Shown here: one piece after another, positions 1 to 9,922 of the stretch
How positions within the stretch are numbered: the first letter of the stretch is position 1
Layout of the letters: each line of letters begins with the position of its first letter
Source: Bythopirellula sp.
GTDB taxonomy: Bacteria; Planctomycetota; Planctomycetia; Pirellulales; Lacipirellulaceae
Length of the DNA stretch: 64,000 nt
Assembly (NCBI GenBank): GCA_965216565.1
Contig: OZ244170.1
Location: 2,496,001-2,560,000 of the forward strand
Reading direction: 5' to 3'
Program-made: the position numbers and the translations under genes
The notes under the pieces: generated by a model
The model's database searches: none
Told to the model about the DNA's origin: nothing
What the model saw: only the letters and a program-made list of their open reading frames with translations

Positions 1-682
1 GCTTGTCCTTATGCTGCTGGAAGGCGGGGATCTTAGCTGCTTCGATCACTCCGAGCTGATCGTAAATTGTATCGAACCGTGCGAGCACCCGTTCGCGTTC
101 CTCCCGCATACTGCCCGATTGATCGAAAAGCCACACCACTAAGGTCGCCTGCTGCTCCACCGAATCGAGAATCTCGTGCGTCAGCCGGTCGATGGCTCCC
201 ACCGCACCGGTCGTGCCGACGTGGCTCATCCCCTGCACGGGCAAATCGTTGCTGACCTCGGGTCCGTCGAAGATAGGCTCGTCGACTTCGATGGCCATGC
301 GATCGCCGAAGTCGGTGAGATCTTCGGGCTCGTAGATCACCAACGATTGTTCAGCCGCAACACTGGCTAAGGCCTGGGCCGAGTCGAAGCCGCCCTGACT
401 GAGGGCGCCGTATTCTTCCATCGCTTCGTCGGAGGACAGAAACTCTTGCGGCAATGGATCGACTTCTTCCGGCAGCTCCAGGTCATCGTAGACCAAGGCG
501 AGATCCTCAGTATTTCGCGGCAACGCAAAGGTGACGGCTGCCAGCAGAATCAGCAGGCCCAAATGCAACGTGAGGCTCATGAGCCAAGCGCCCACGTCCG
601 CAACGAAGCTTTTGGCTGGCGTTTCTTCCGCATCCGCAGAAACGGGATTGGCAGCAGCAAGGCTACGCACCTCATGGGCCAT
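1..682 (-). CDS. VWA-domain membrane protein (partial, runs off window start)
   Basis: Manual translation from ATG at 682 (MAHEVRSLAA...) is open to position 1. It has a TM segment (AWLMSLTLHLGLLILLAAV), an acidic linker and LVVWLFDQSGSM (DxSxS MIDAS motif). Not in the ORF track because there is no stop in the window. Confidence 0.75.
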   Translation of the reverse strand, partial: MAHEVRSLAAANPVSADAEETPAKSFVADVGAWLMSLTLHLGLLILLAAVTFALPRNTEDLALVYDDLELPEEVDPLPQEFLSSDEAMEEYGALSQGGFDSAQALASVAAEQSLVIYEPEDLTDFGDRMAIEVDEPIFDGPEVSNDLPVQGMSHVGTTGAVGAIDRLTHEILDSVEQQATLVVWLFDQSGSMREERERVLARFDTIYDQLGVIEAAKIPAFQQHKDK

Positions 683-912
683 GCGAGCACCTAGAGAATT
701 TGTTCCGATTAGGTCGACTCAGTCGCGTCGACGACATCTCTATTTTCGCCCATGACTACCAGAGAAGCAAGGCTTGGTGACGAACGGCGGAGAAGAATAA
801 ATCTCTCGTGCCGAGAATTTGTCCTCGTGTTATCATGGAAGTAACGGGGAAAGTCATCGAACCCGGAAAAAACGCAGGACTATTTGCAGTGCAATTTAGG
901 TACGAAGAATTC

Positions 913-1839
913 ATGATTGTTTCTAGAAAAAATTTCGGAACTTTGTTGGCCATGGTGTGTTGCGTGGCGATTGGCTTTGGTGCAAGCGAAGCGTTCGCCG
1001 CGGACTCGCAAGAGATAACGCTCAACACGAAAGACGGAGTCCGGCTAGCCATTACCTACTACCCCAGCGAGAAGGGTAAAGATGCCGTGCCAGTGGTGAT
1101 GCTGCACGACTTCAAAGAGAGCCGCAATGTTTTTCACAGCCTGGCTGAATCGTTGCAATCGCCGAAGAGCATTGGCGGTTCGCGGGCGGTGATTACTGTC
1201 GATCTGCGGGGCCACGGCGAGAGCACGGTGCAACGTTCCCGGGATGGCAGAACGCGCAGCCTGGAAGCGGCACGACTTCGACCTGCCGATTTCCAGGACA
1301 TGGTTGCGGAAGATTTAGAAGCGGTCCGGCGTTTTCTCGTGGAACAAAACAACAAGGGAGAGTTGAATCTCAATTCCCTGTGCCTGATTGGCTCGGGCAT
1401 GGGCGCCAGCGTGGCGACCTATTGGTCGGCAGTCGATTGGGCGGCCCCACGATTGGCCACTCTCAAGCAGGGCCAGGATGTGAAAGCCCTGGTGTTGCTC
1501 TCCCCAGAGTGGGGCTTCAAGGGCCTACCACTACTGAAACCGATCCGCCAACCAGGCGTGCGAGAAAAAGTGTCGTTCCTCATTGTGTACGGCGCGCAGA
1601 TGTCGAAAGCCAAGAAAGACGCCACGAATATCCATAAGAATCTGGCGAAGTATCACCCAGAACCTCCACGCGACAAGATCAAGGAATTCAAAGACCTGTT
1701 CCTGGTCGACTTACCCACTAAGCTGCAGGGCACCGCGCTGCTGACGTCGGGTGAGTTCAACTTGCTGACGGATATCGACGCATTTATAGACGCGCGGATT
1801 TCTGACAAGCACTTCCCCTGGGTAGCGCGCAACAAATAG
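913..1839 (+). CDS. Secreted alpha/beta-hydrolase-fold protein (catalytic residues look substituted)
   Basis: Signal peptide after the ATG at 913; VVMLHD, DLRGHGES and IGSGMGA elbow; ALVLLSP. The track start at 808 is probably too long. Confidence 0.75.
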   Translation: MIVSRKNFGTLLAMVCCVAIGFGASEAFAADSQEITLNTKDGVRLAITYYPSEKGKDAVPVVMLHDFKESRNVFHSLAESLQSPKSIGGSRAVITVDLRGHGESTVQRSRDGRTRSLEAARLRPADFQDMVAEDLEAVRRFLVEQNNKGELNLNSLCLIGSGMGASVATYWSAVDWAAPRLATLKQGQDVKALVLLSPEWGFKGLPLLKPIRQPGVREKVSFLIVYGAQMSKAKKDATNIHKNLAKYHPEPPRDKIKEFKDLFLVDLPTKLQGTALLTSGEFNLLTDIDAFIDARISDKHFPWVARNK

Positions 1840-2423
1840 TCTAGCGGCTTAGTGAGTTGAGAGCCCAACGCGCTATCGTGGAGCAGATTGAACGCCGAAT
1901 AGGGTACTGACCGCATTCGTATAGTTTTGCGCGTTGATGACGGATCCAACAAGCCAATTGCTTACCAGGTATTGTGACTTTCATTCTGAGACAGCTTTCG
2001 CCCCAAGCGTGGAAACGCAAGTCGTTCTGAGGCACATAGTTCTAGAGTTGTCCCAGTGAAGTCCGTTTATTGGGACTCACCAAGCTGCACAGAACGGTGA
2101 ATTAGATGCGGGTTAGCGTCTCGCCGTCGTTTATCCATCAGACGATTCACAATAGGCTCGAGGTTCCTCAATCGCCGCCCAGCAATAGCCAGTGGCTGAA
2201 GATCCGGAACTTATTGCAGTTTCCACACCCCGGCATTATAATTTGAACGCAAGAACTACTTTTTTTCTGTTCTCCTAATTAGAGTATCGCTAAATAGAGC
2301 ACTTCGAATTTCAGCATTTGTCCGCGATAGCGGCATGAATGTGGAGTTCGTGGTGCTTTTTTTGTGGCCATTGAAACTCACGAGCAAGAGTTAGTTCCCC
2401 TCCATCACCGCAATAGATCGATC

Positions 2424-3089
2424 ATGGACCAAGCTATTCGTTTTTTTGTTCTTCTTTTCTTCTTTGTAGCTTTGCCTCTGCCTGCGACTGCTACAGCAAC
2501 GTCAATGTTCGGCGGAGAATTAGATCAAGCCTTCGTACCCACGGGCACAGGTGGAAGCATATTAGGCGGTGAAGGTCTCATTCATGCCCAGACGTTTAAC
2601 TCCGGAATCAGTGGGCAACTCAGGCAGATTGATGTATTCGTGCATACTTTCAACGGCGTACCCCCAGATGATTTAAGAGTCAGAATTCTAGGGATTTCTC
2701 CATCAGGCAAGCCGGATATTGATGATGAAATTGCTAGGGTCGTATTATTACCAGTTCAAGTTGCGAGCGAGCCAGGAACTTTCTTGAGCATTGATCTCAG
2801 AGCTTTTGACATACAAGTTGAAGTGGGCACATCTCTTGCTATCGCGTTAGACACTGGCTCAGTATTAAGGCCTGGATACTCTTGGTTGGCTCGAGGAGAC
2901 AATCCCTACAAAGGAGGGAATCTATTTATATCCCATAATAGTGGGGCTACTTTCCTCGCAAGTGGCCAAACACCTGGCGTCGGCGATGTTGGTTTTCGAA
3001 CTTTCGTTGGAGTGCCGGAACCTGGAACTCTAGCTTTGCTCCTCGGAGCAACCTGCAGTGCTGCGATAAGGCCTCGCCGGTGGAACTGA
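2424..3089 (+). CDS. PEP-CTERM sorting-domain surface protein
   Basis: Signal peptide (MDQAIRFFVLLFFFVAL...) and C-terminal VPEPGTLALLLGA...RPRR. Confidence 0.8.
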   Translation: MDQAIRFFVLLFFFVALPLPATATATSMFGGELDQAFVPTGTGGSILGGEGLIHAQTFNSGISGQLRQIDVFVHTFNGVPPDDLRVRILGISPSGKPDIDDEIARVVLLPVQVASEPGTFLSIDLRAFDIQVEVGTSLAIALDTGSVLRPGYSWLARGDNPYKGGNLFISHNSGATFLASGQTPGVGDVGFRTFVGVPEPGTLALLLGATCSAAIRPRRWN

Positions 3090-3175
3090 AAGTCAGGCGG
3101 ACTCAACTCTGCCACCTTAGTATGCAAAACAACTCTAAGGTAGTCGCGATTCTCGAATCAGCTTTGGCCGTGGGC

Positions 3176-3844
3176 TCAGTCGTTTTCTCGTCGCGGTGGG
3201 ACGGGAATGCGGAGTTCGGCGCCGATTGGCAACAAATGTGGATTGGATAGTTGCTCGCGGTTTAGGTCGAACAGCTCCAACGCTCGGCCTGAATCGCCCA
3301 GGTAACGCTCCGCCAGTTTCTCGAGCGTATCGCCATTGTGTACCACGTGGATCAACTCTTCCGGCCAGGCCGCGGCGTCGCTTTCGGTCGGAAGGGTCGT
3401 GGCGTAGGCGGGGCGTGCGTGGCCCGCGCCGGGGAGAGTTTGCGGCGTGACCGGGCTTTGTTCAAACGTGTCCTGTGTTTGGACTTTGGAAGATTGATCG
3501 AGCTGGCTGGCTGCCCGATCTTTGCGAGCGGTTGCCGGACGAGTGGCCAGGGCAGGGTGGTCGGCCAGGTCGAATCCGTTGGTGCGTCCGGCGGTGAGTT
3601 CATCGTCCCGAGTGCTAGCCATATGGGCTTCGACTTGCTTAGAACGCTGGTTGCCGAGACGGGCAGAACCATTTGCAGTGGGATCCAAACGTTCGTACGA
3701 ATCGGTGCGTTCTGAGGTCTGCAAGGGATTGTCAACGGGGAGTGGCTGAACGCTGTCGCCCGCTTGACGGCGAAAGGGCAGCGCCATGCCGATGCCAATC
3801 GCAAGCACGAAGGTGACGATCAGAAGTTTCTTGACTCGACTCAT
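3176..3844 (-). CDS. LysM peptidoglycan-binding domain protein
   Basis: N-terminal TM anchor and C-terminal HVVHNGDTLEKLAERYLGD...NPHLLPIGAELRIP LysM motif. Start chosen at MSRVKK (3844). Confidence 0.8.
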   Translation of the reverse strand: MSRVKKLLIVTFVLAIGIGMALPFRRQAGDSVQPLPVDNPLQTSERTDSYERLDPTANGSARLGNQRSKQVEAHMASTRDDELTAGRTNGFDLADHPALATRPATARKDRAASQLDQSSKVQTQDTFEQSPVTPQTLPGAGHARPAYATTLPTESDAAAWPEELIHVVHNGDTLEKLAERYLGDSGRALELFDLNREQLSNPHLLPIGAELRIPVPPRREND

Positions 3845-4037
3845 TCTGTTCCACATTTGCCAGGGCAGGGAGAGGATTCCGTCAGCGCAGATCCCCTTAC
3901 AGTCTGGTTCGGAGAAACAGCCCGACGACTTGAGCCAGGGCGGCGACTTGTGCCCTGCGAGGGCAGGGGAGTGAGAAATAAATCGGATTTTACCGATGGC
4001 AGGAGTCAGCGAAGCTGTGCCGGGGACAGCAGAACAC

Positions 4038-4556
4038 CTAGTTTGAGTCCGAGAGTTCGGTTTCCACACGACACAGATAGTCCGCTGCACTATCTCGATG
4101 TGGAATCTGCTTTGCCTCTTCCAGCAACTGCATCGCTTTCTCTGGTTGGTTATTGCTTGCCACGATCTGCGCTAGGGTCGCTTTGGCCAGGCAACGATCG
4201 TGCGATGTTCGCAACGCCCCGTCGACGGCCAACTGCATTTGCTCCTCTGCGAAACTCAGGTTGCTGGAGTCTTGCGCAGCTAACATTGCGTTGACCCAAT
4301 GCCAGTAGGCACGCGATTGGGGGCTTAGTGCATTGGGAAATTTGATCGAATCAAAGTGTCTGCGGGCCTGATCGAGATCTCCCCGAGTCATCGCCATGAA
4401 CGCTGGTCGAATGGCACCATATCGAAAGTAGCCCACCGCAAACAATACTGCCGCAGCAAGCATTATGTACCCTGACTGTTCGCCGAGCGTTAGTTTGTAG
4501 ATTGCATACGCGGCAGCGAGCAACACGACACAAATTCTAACTGGGAGCGAGAACAA
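4038..4556 (-). CDS. Hypothetical membrane protein with TPR-like helical C-terminus
   Basis: Two N-terminal TM helices followed by Ala/Leu-rich helical repeats. Confidence 0.6.
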   Translation of the reverse strand: MFSLPVRICVVLLAAAYAIYKLTLGEQSGYIMLAAAVLFAVGYFRYGAIRPAFMAMTRGDLDQARRHFDSIKFPNALSPQSRAYWHWVNAMLAAQDSSNLSFAEEQMQLAVDGALRTSHDRCLAKATLAQIVASNNQPEKAMQLLEEAKQIPHRDSAADYLCRVETELSDSN

Positions 4557-4648
4557 GTTCGTACCCCGACTATGTTAGGGGTGCCGCGAGTGAAGGCGTC
4601 ACGGCTCACTCCTGGTGCTACGAGACAGCACGGCTGGTAGTTATCCGC

Positions 4649-7600
4649 TTAAGATGTTTTCGGCTGGATTGTTTTGGCGTTGGATAGTTTGTCGTTCGAC
4701 TCGGTCATCTTGCTCATCCACAGCAGGGCAGGGGAGGCGATGAATACCGAGCTGTAGGTACCGACAATCACACCAATTACCAATGCGTAAGCAAAGCCGT
4801 GGATACCATCACCACCGAGGGTGTATAGCAAGATCACCGACAGCAACGTTGTTGCGGAGGTCAGCAAGGTACGCGACAAGGTTTGATTGATACTGGTATT
4901 AATCATATCTGCAGTGAGGTCAGGGCTCTTGCCCTTCACCTCGCGGATGCGGTCGAACACGACAATCGTATCATTGAGCGAATAACCAATGATCGTCAGG
5001 AACGCGGCCACCATGGGTAAGCTGATCTGGAATTTCTCCACCATTAAGCTCGAAGCAAGAGCGGGAATGTTGTCGACAATTAGTGCACTAAACCCGATCG
5101 CACCCAGCGTGACCAGCACGTCGTGAATCAGGGCGATCACGGCGGCAAAACCGTAGATCATCCGCTGGAACCGGAACCAAATGTAACCCACGATGCCGAT
5201 CAAGCTCATGACCACGGCGGCAATGGCCTTGGTCTTCAAATCACCGGCAACACGTCCGCCAATGGCATTGGACAAGGGGAAAATGGGACGGTCGTTCGTG
5301 ACGCTGCGTAGCTGCTGCCAAACCTCTTCGGCTTCAGCCTCGTCGAGTGCGAGTTTCACTTGCCAATCAGTGAACCGGCGGGCACTGCCCACTCGATAGT
5401 CGTCATTGGAAACCATGGCGGCAGCGCCGCTATGGTCGGTCGCCTTCAAGGCGTCATTGAGCATTTGCGAGACGGTTTCGTAGCTGACGCCGGCTGAGGT
5501 CGTCAGCTGGTTTGGATCCGTCTCGACTTCTCCACTAAAGGAGACGGTCGCTTGGGTACCACCGGCAAAGCGATCGCTAGCCGAGTTGTCGGCGTCGTCA
5601 TCCTCTGCATCCGATTGGGGAATCGCACTGATATCGCTGATTTCTAGATTGTAAGTTTTCAGCTTTTCGCCAAAAGTTTCGTGCAGGAGATTCTGCACGC
5701 CTTCAACATCCTGATTCACACTGCTCACGGTGTACCGCAAGCCGGAGCCTGCTTCGCCCACCTCAACCAGGGATAGGTTCTGTTCGGCAAGATCGGTGCC
5801 TTCTAGGGCCGATTTCACGTCGCCGTAGGGCATGCTCGCATCTTCGTCGAGGACCATCGTCACCGAGCTACCACCTGTGAAGTCGATATTCAGCAAGTCG
5901 TCGCCACGTTGATAGACGGCAGCCAGACCGAGCCCGATAATGATCAGCGAACACACGGCAGCGATTCCTCGCTTGCCGAGGAAGTCGAAATTGGCCGAGC
6001 GGATGATCTGGACCATTTTCAGCTCTTTGAGCGACCGCGTTCGCTCGCAGATATCGAAGATTAAGCGCGATAGGAAGATCGCGCTATACATACTCATGAT
6101 AATGCCCAAGATAAGCGTGACGCCGAAGCCTTTCACGTTGTCAGGAGCAATTTTGTAGATCACGATTGCCGTGATCAGCGTGGTCACATTGGCATCGACA
6201 ATGGTTTGAGTGGCGCGGGCAAAACCATTGATGATCGCCATTCTCATAGCCGCACCGCGGGCTCGTTCTTCTCGGATACGCTCGAAGATCAGCACGTTGG
6301 CATCCACCGACATACCAATGGTGAGCACCAAACCAGCGAGACCGGGCAGGGTGAAGGCTGCTTTTAGAAGCACCATCAACCCGAGGATGAGTATCAAGTT
6401 GGCCGCCAAGGCGAGGCAGGCCACGAGGCCGGCAAAGCGATAGTAGAACAGCATGAATACCATCACAGCCACCAACGAGATGATGATGGCAGTCTTGCCC
6501 TTTTCGACTGTCTCGGCACCAAGCGTTGGGCTGATGGTTTCGCGGAAAATTGGTTCCTTGTTCAGCGACGCCGGCAAGCTACCGGCGTTGAGAATACCTA
6601 CCAGAAAGTCGACCTCTTCCTTATTGGGAATGCCTTCAATGATACCCTGCGAGGTAATCTTGCTATTAATTGAAGGAGCGGAGAGCAGCTTTTTATCAAG
6701 CATGATCCCCAGCTGATACTTGAGTCCCGAAGGATTGGGCAAATGGTTGCCGGTAAGTTGGCCGAACTTAAACGCCCCACGGGAGTTGAAACGGAATTGG
6801 ACTTCCGGACCACCTTGCTGACCGAAGCCGGAACGCGAATCGTCTAAGTCGTCACCAGTTACATCTAGCCCATCGTTGGTGAGCACAAGGGCCTGAGGCT
6901 GGCTACCGGCAAGACGTTTCACGATACGCTCGTCGTTGACATCCACGGGGCCAAACTGATCGACACTGTATTCCACCCACTCGGCGATTTTATTGTCGCC
7001 ATCGCGCAACTCACTCACTCCCGGAGGAAGTTCCTTGGCACGCTCGATAATCGGGCGATGACTAATGAACGCTGGGGAGGCAGTAATGCGGAATTCCAAG
7101 GAGCCAGCCGTATAGATGCGACGTTCGATAAACTCGAGGTCTTCAGGCTTGGCCTTAGGAATGATGATCTCAATTTGCCCGGCCCCGTACTTGCGGATAG
7201 TCACTTCCTTGGTACCGCTGGGATCGACGCGCTCGGTGAGGGCGCCAATAAGTTGGTCCAGGATGGCATCACGTTCGGCACTACTACGGGGATCTTCGTC
7301 CTCATCGGCAGCACCAAATGCTGTGTCCTGAAGCTCATAAATCAGGGTAATTCCACCGCTGAGGTCGGGGCCGTACTTGATTTCGCCGGTGCTAATGATC
7401 ACAGCCGCGGCAGCGAGTGTGCCGATGGCCAGGGCAATTTTCCAGCCATGATCCGGCATCCGCAGCGACTTGCCCAATCGGTTGCCAATAAACATCGGCA
7501 CCAAGAACAGGGCGAGAATGATCGCAAAGATCAAAAGTCCTTCCAGGGTATCTTCCACCTCCACTTCGTCAGCACTCTCTGCGTCACCGACTGCTTCTCC

Positions 7601-7954
7601 GGAGACGTTCTCGCCCTCTACATCATTCTCCAGAGACGCTTCCTCACCGCCATCCGACTCGGACGCTTCTGATTCGTCGGCAGAGGCATCGATTTCCTCG
7701 GAGCCCTGGCTCTCGCCAGAATCTTCACTAGTTGTCGAATCTTCCGTTGTTGACTCTGCGGCTGTCGACTCTTCGGCCTTGGCATCATCAGATTGGGGTG
7801 CGTCCGCAGAAATCGTTTGCTCAGCGGGAGCATCGGTCTCTTGGGCCCAAGCGGAAGAACTTATCGAAAAGGTCAAGCCAAATAGCACGACACCGGCGAG
7901 CAAAGTCCGCAAGATCGTGTCGCCGTGGCGGTTGTTATCCATCGTACCTGTCAT
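4649..7954 (-). CDS. secDF: Protein translocase SecD/SecF fusion
   Basis: GPDLSGG, TLPGLAGLVLTIGMSVDANVLIFERIREE, IDFTGG and GYSLNDTIVVFDRIRE motifs; downstream of yajC. Start uncertain (7954 or 7942). Confidence 0.95.
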   Translation of the reverse strand: MTGTMDNNRHGDTILRTLLAGVVLFGLTFSISSSAWAQETDAPAEQTISADAPQSDDAKAEESTAAESTTEDSTTSEDSGESQGSEEIDASADESEASESDGGEEASLENDVEGENVSGEAVGDAESADEVEVEDTLEGLLIFAIILALFLVPMFIGNRLGKSLRMPDHGWKIALAIGTLAAAAVIISTGEIKYGPDLSGGITLIYELQDTAFGAADEDEDPRSSAERDAILDQLIGALTERVDPSGTKEVTIRKYGAGQIEIIIPKAKPEDLEFIERRIYTAGSLEFRITASPAFISHRPIIERAKELPPGVSELRDGDNKIAEWVEYSVDQFGPVDVNDERIVKRLAGSQPQALVLTNDGLDVTGDDLDDSRSGFGQQGGPEVQFRFNSRGAFKFGQLTGNHLPNPSGLKYQLGIMLDKKLLSAPSINSKITSQGIIEGIPNKEEVDFLVGILNAGSLPASLNKEPIFRETISPTLGAETVEKGKTAIIISLVAVMVFMLFYYRFAGLVACLALAANLILILGLMVLLKAAFTLPGLAGLVLTIGMSVDANVLIFERIREERARGAAMRMAIINGFARATQTIVDANVTTLITAIVIYKIAPDNVKGFGVTLILGIIMSMYSAIFLSRLIFDICERTRSLKELKMVQIIRSANFDFLGKRGIAAVCSLIIIGLGLAAVYQRGDDLLNIDFTGGSSVTMVLDEDASMPYGDVKSALEGTDLAEQNLSLVEVGEAGSGLRYTVSSVNQDVEGVQNLLHETFGEKLKTYNLEISDISAIPQSDAEDDDADNSASDRFAGGTQATVSFSGEVETDPNQLTTSAGVSYETVSQMLNDALKATDHSGAAAMVSNDDYRVGSARRFTDWQVKLALDEAEAEEVWQQLRSVTNDRPIFPLSNAIGGRVAGDLKTKAIAAVVMSLIGIVGYIWFRFQRMIYGFAAVIALIHDVLVTLGAIGFSALIVDNIPALASSLMVEKFQISLPMVAAFLTIIGYSLNDTIVVFDRIREVKGKSPDLTADMINTSINQTLSRTLLTSATTLLSVILLYTLGGDGIHGFAYALVIGVIVGTYSSVFIASPALLWMSKMTESNDKLSNAKTIQPKTS

Positions 7955-8106
7955 GGTTCTATTGTTTACTTTGTTAAAGTGTTTTGTATTTGGTGAGATA
8001 CGTGAGTAAGTGAGTAGGTGGATAATTAAGGAAATCAACCGTTGCTAGCGTGGTTGTTGGTTCGTTTCTTTTGCCCGTCTAAGTATTGACTTACTCACCT
8101 ACTCAC

Positions 8107-8559
8107 TTACTCACCGTTATTTTTATCTTTGTCGAGCACGACTCGGGAAATAGCCGATGTGCCGACATGTATCTTTGCACCGGTCGATTCATCGATGCGG
8201 ATGGTTACCATTTCCTGATCGCGTTGCACGTTGGTCACCACTCCGTGGATGCCACCGATTGTGATGACGCGGTCTTTTTCCTTAAGGCTATCGATCATGG
8301 AAGTCGCTTCCTGCTGTTTCTTTTGCTGAGGGCGCAGGATTAGGAAATAAAACAACGCCATGATGATGGCGATCGGCATGAGCATGCTCGGCTGTGAGGC
8401 CGGCGCACCGCCATCCTGGGCGAGCAGAATCCAAGGTTCGAGCAAAGTGATGTTCAAAGAATTGATATCCACATGGTGTTTTTGCTTCTCCGGCTTGGGA
8501 CAAGCCGGTTCGCTGAGGGAACCAGCGAAAGGGTCTGGCCCTACGGGAAGATTCTCCAA
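8107..8559 (-). CDS. yajC: Preprotein translocase subunit YajC
   Basis: FYFLILRPQQKKQ...DRVITIGGIHGVV; tgt-yajC-secDF synteny. True start is probably downstream of 8559. Confidence 0.92.
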   Translation of the reverse strand: MENLPVGPDPFAGSLSEPACPKPEKQKHHVDINSLNITLLEPWILLAQDGGAPASQPSMLMPIAIIMALFYFLILRPQQKKQQEATSMIDSLKEKDRVITIGGIHGVVTNVQRDQEMVTIRIDESTGAKIHVGTSAISRVVLDKDKNNGE

Positions 8560-8689
8560 AACGCGAACCGATTATCATAAATCGAGTCCCCACAAGCAGC
8601 AAGGGCGACTAGCGGAAGTGTGAAGTTTGATTGCTGAAGTTTGAAGTCAGACCGAAATGACAAGAGACTGGAGGCTCCTACTTCAAAAT

Positions 8690-9862
8690 TCAAACTTCAG
8701 ACTTCGCGGTTCCTTCCTCCCAGTTTGCCATCTTTCGCTGCCTGAATTCCTCGAAGGAATCGGCCTCGATGGCCTCGCGGGCCTCGGCCATGAGCCGCTG
8801 ATAATACGTCAGATTGTGAATAGAAGTGAGAATGGGGCCGAGCATCTCGCCCGCCTGGAATAGATGTCGGAGGTAACCGCGGCTATGTCGGCAAGCCGGG
8901 CAAGGGCAGTGAGGTTCCAGCGGGCCCGTATCGAGCTGATGCTTGGCATTGCGCAAACGGATTGGGCCCCGATCGGTAAATGCCAGGGCATTGCGGCCGT
9001 TGCGGGTGGGCATCACGCAGTCGAACATATCGATGCCTCGGGCGATGCCCTCGAGCAGATCTTCGGGGCGGCCTACCCCCATCAGGTAGCGAGGCCGGTC
9101 CGTCGGCAGGCTGGGCACTGTGGCATCCAGCGCGGCATACATTTCCTCGGGCGGTTCACCGACGCTCAAACCTCCGACGGCATAGCCTTGGAAATCGTGA
9201 GACACAAGCGCTGCGGCACATTCGCGGCGCAACTTGGCATCGAGACCGCCTTGAACGATGGCCAGCAACATTTGATCGGGCCGCTTCGCTGCCTTTTGGC
9301 AGCGCTCGGCCCAACGGACGCTCCGCCACATCGCATCGGCTACCACATCCGGTGAGTTGGGAAGTTCGACCACATGATCGAAGGCCATCGCAAAATCGCT
9401 ACCTAAGTTTTCTTGGATTGCGATGGAGCGCTCCGGTGTGATTTCAACCTGGCTGCCATCGATGTGCGAGCGAAACACCACCCCCTGTTCCGTGACTTTG
9501 TTGCGCTCGGCGAGACTGAAAACTTGGAAGCCGCCACTATCGGTCAAGATGGGTCCCGACCACTGCATCATTTCGTGCAAGCCCCCGAGCTTGGCGACCA
9601 CTTCGTCACCCGGTCGTAGCAGCAGATGATACGTATTGGCCAGCACTATCTGCGCACCGGTTTCGGCAACGCGATGGATGTCTACACCTTTGACCGTAGC
9701 CAACGTTCCTACCGGCATGAAAGTCGGCAGTTCAACCGTACCACGTGGCGTATGCAGTCGTGAGCGACGCGCACCGCAATGCGCGTCGGTGTGGAGCGGT
9801 TCCAGTCGAAAGCGCGAAGAGTCGGACGCCGCGGATTCGGATTCTTGGTCGGGAATTGCCAT
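8690..9862 (-). CDS. tgt: Queuine tRNA-ribosyltransferase
   Basis: [38 protein letters not shown] and the CPCPAC zinc motif. Confidence 0.97.
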   Translation of the reverse strand: MAIPDQESESAASDSSRFRLEPLHTDAHCGARRSRLHTPRGTVELPTFMPVGTLATVKGVDIHRVAETGAQIVLANTYHLLLRPGDEVVAKLGGLHEMMQWSGPILTDSGGFQVFSLAERNKVTEQGVVFRSHIDGSQVEITPERSIAIQENLGSDFAMAFDHVVELPNSPDVVADAMWRSVRWAERCQKAAKRPDQMLLAIVQGGLDAKLRRECAAALVSHDFQGYAVGGLSVGEPPEEMYAALDATVPSLPTDRPRYLMGVGRPEDLLEGIARGIDMFDCVMPTRNGRNALAFTDRGPIRLRNAKHQLDTGPLEPHCPCPACRHSRGYLRHLFQAGEMLGPILTSIHNLTYYQRLMAEAREAIEADSFEEFRQRKMANWEEGTAKSEV

Positions 9863-9922
9863 AGGCGATAGCGTATTGGCCGTGCAATCCGGGCGCTGAC
9901 GCTACCGGCTGACGTACTGTTG

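Noticed and set aside
7500..7860. Acidic low-complexity N-terminal extension of SecDF as a separate system
   Set aside because: It is in frame with SecDF after a signal peptide and looks like a disordered linker; there is no evidence for an independent function.
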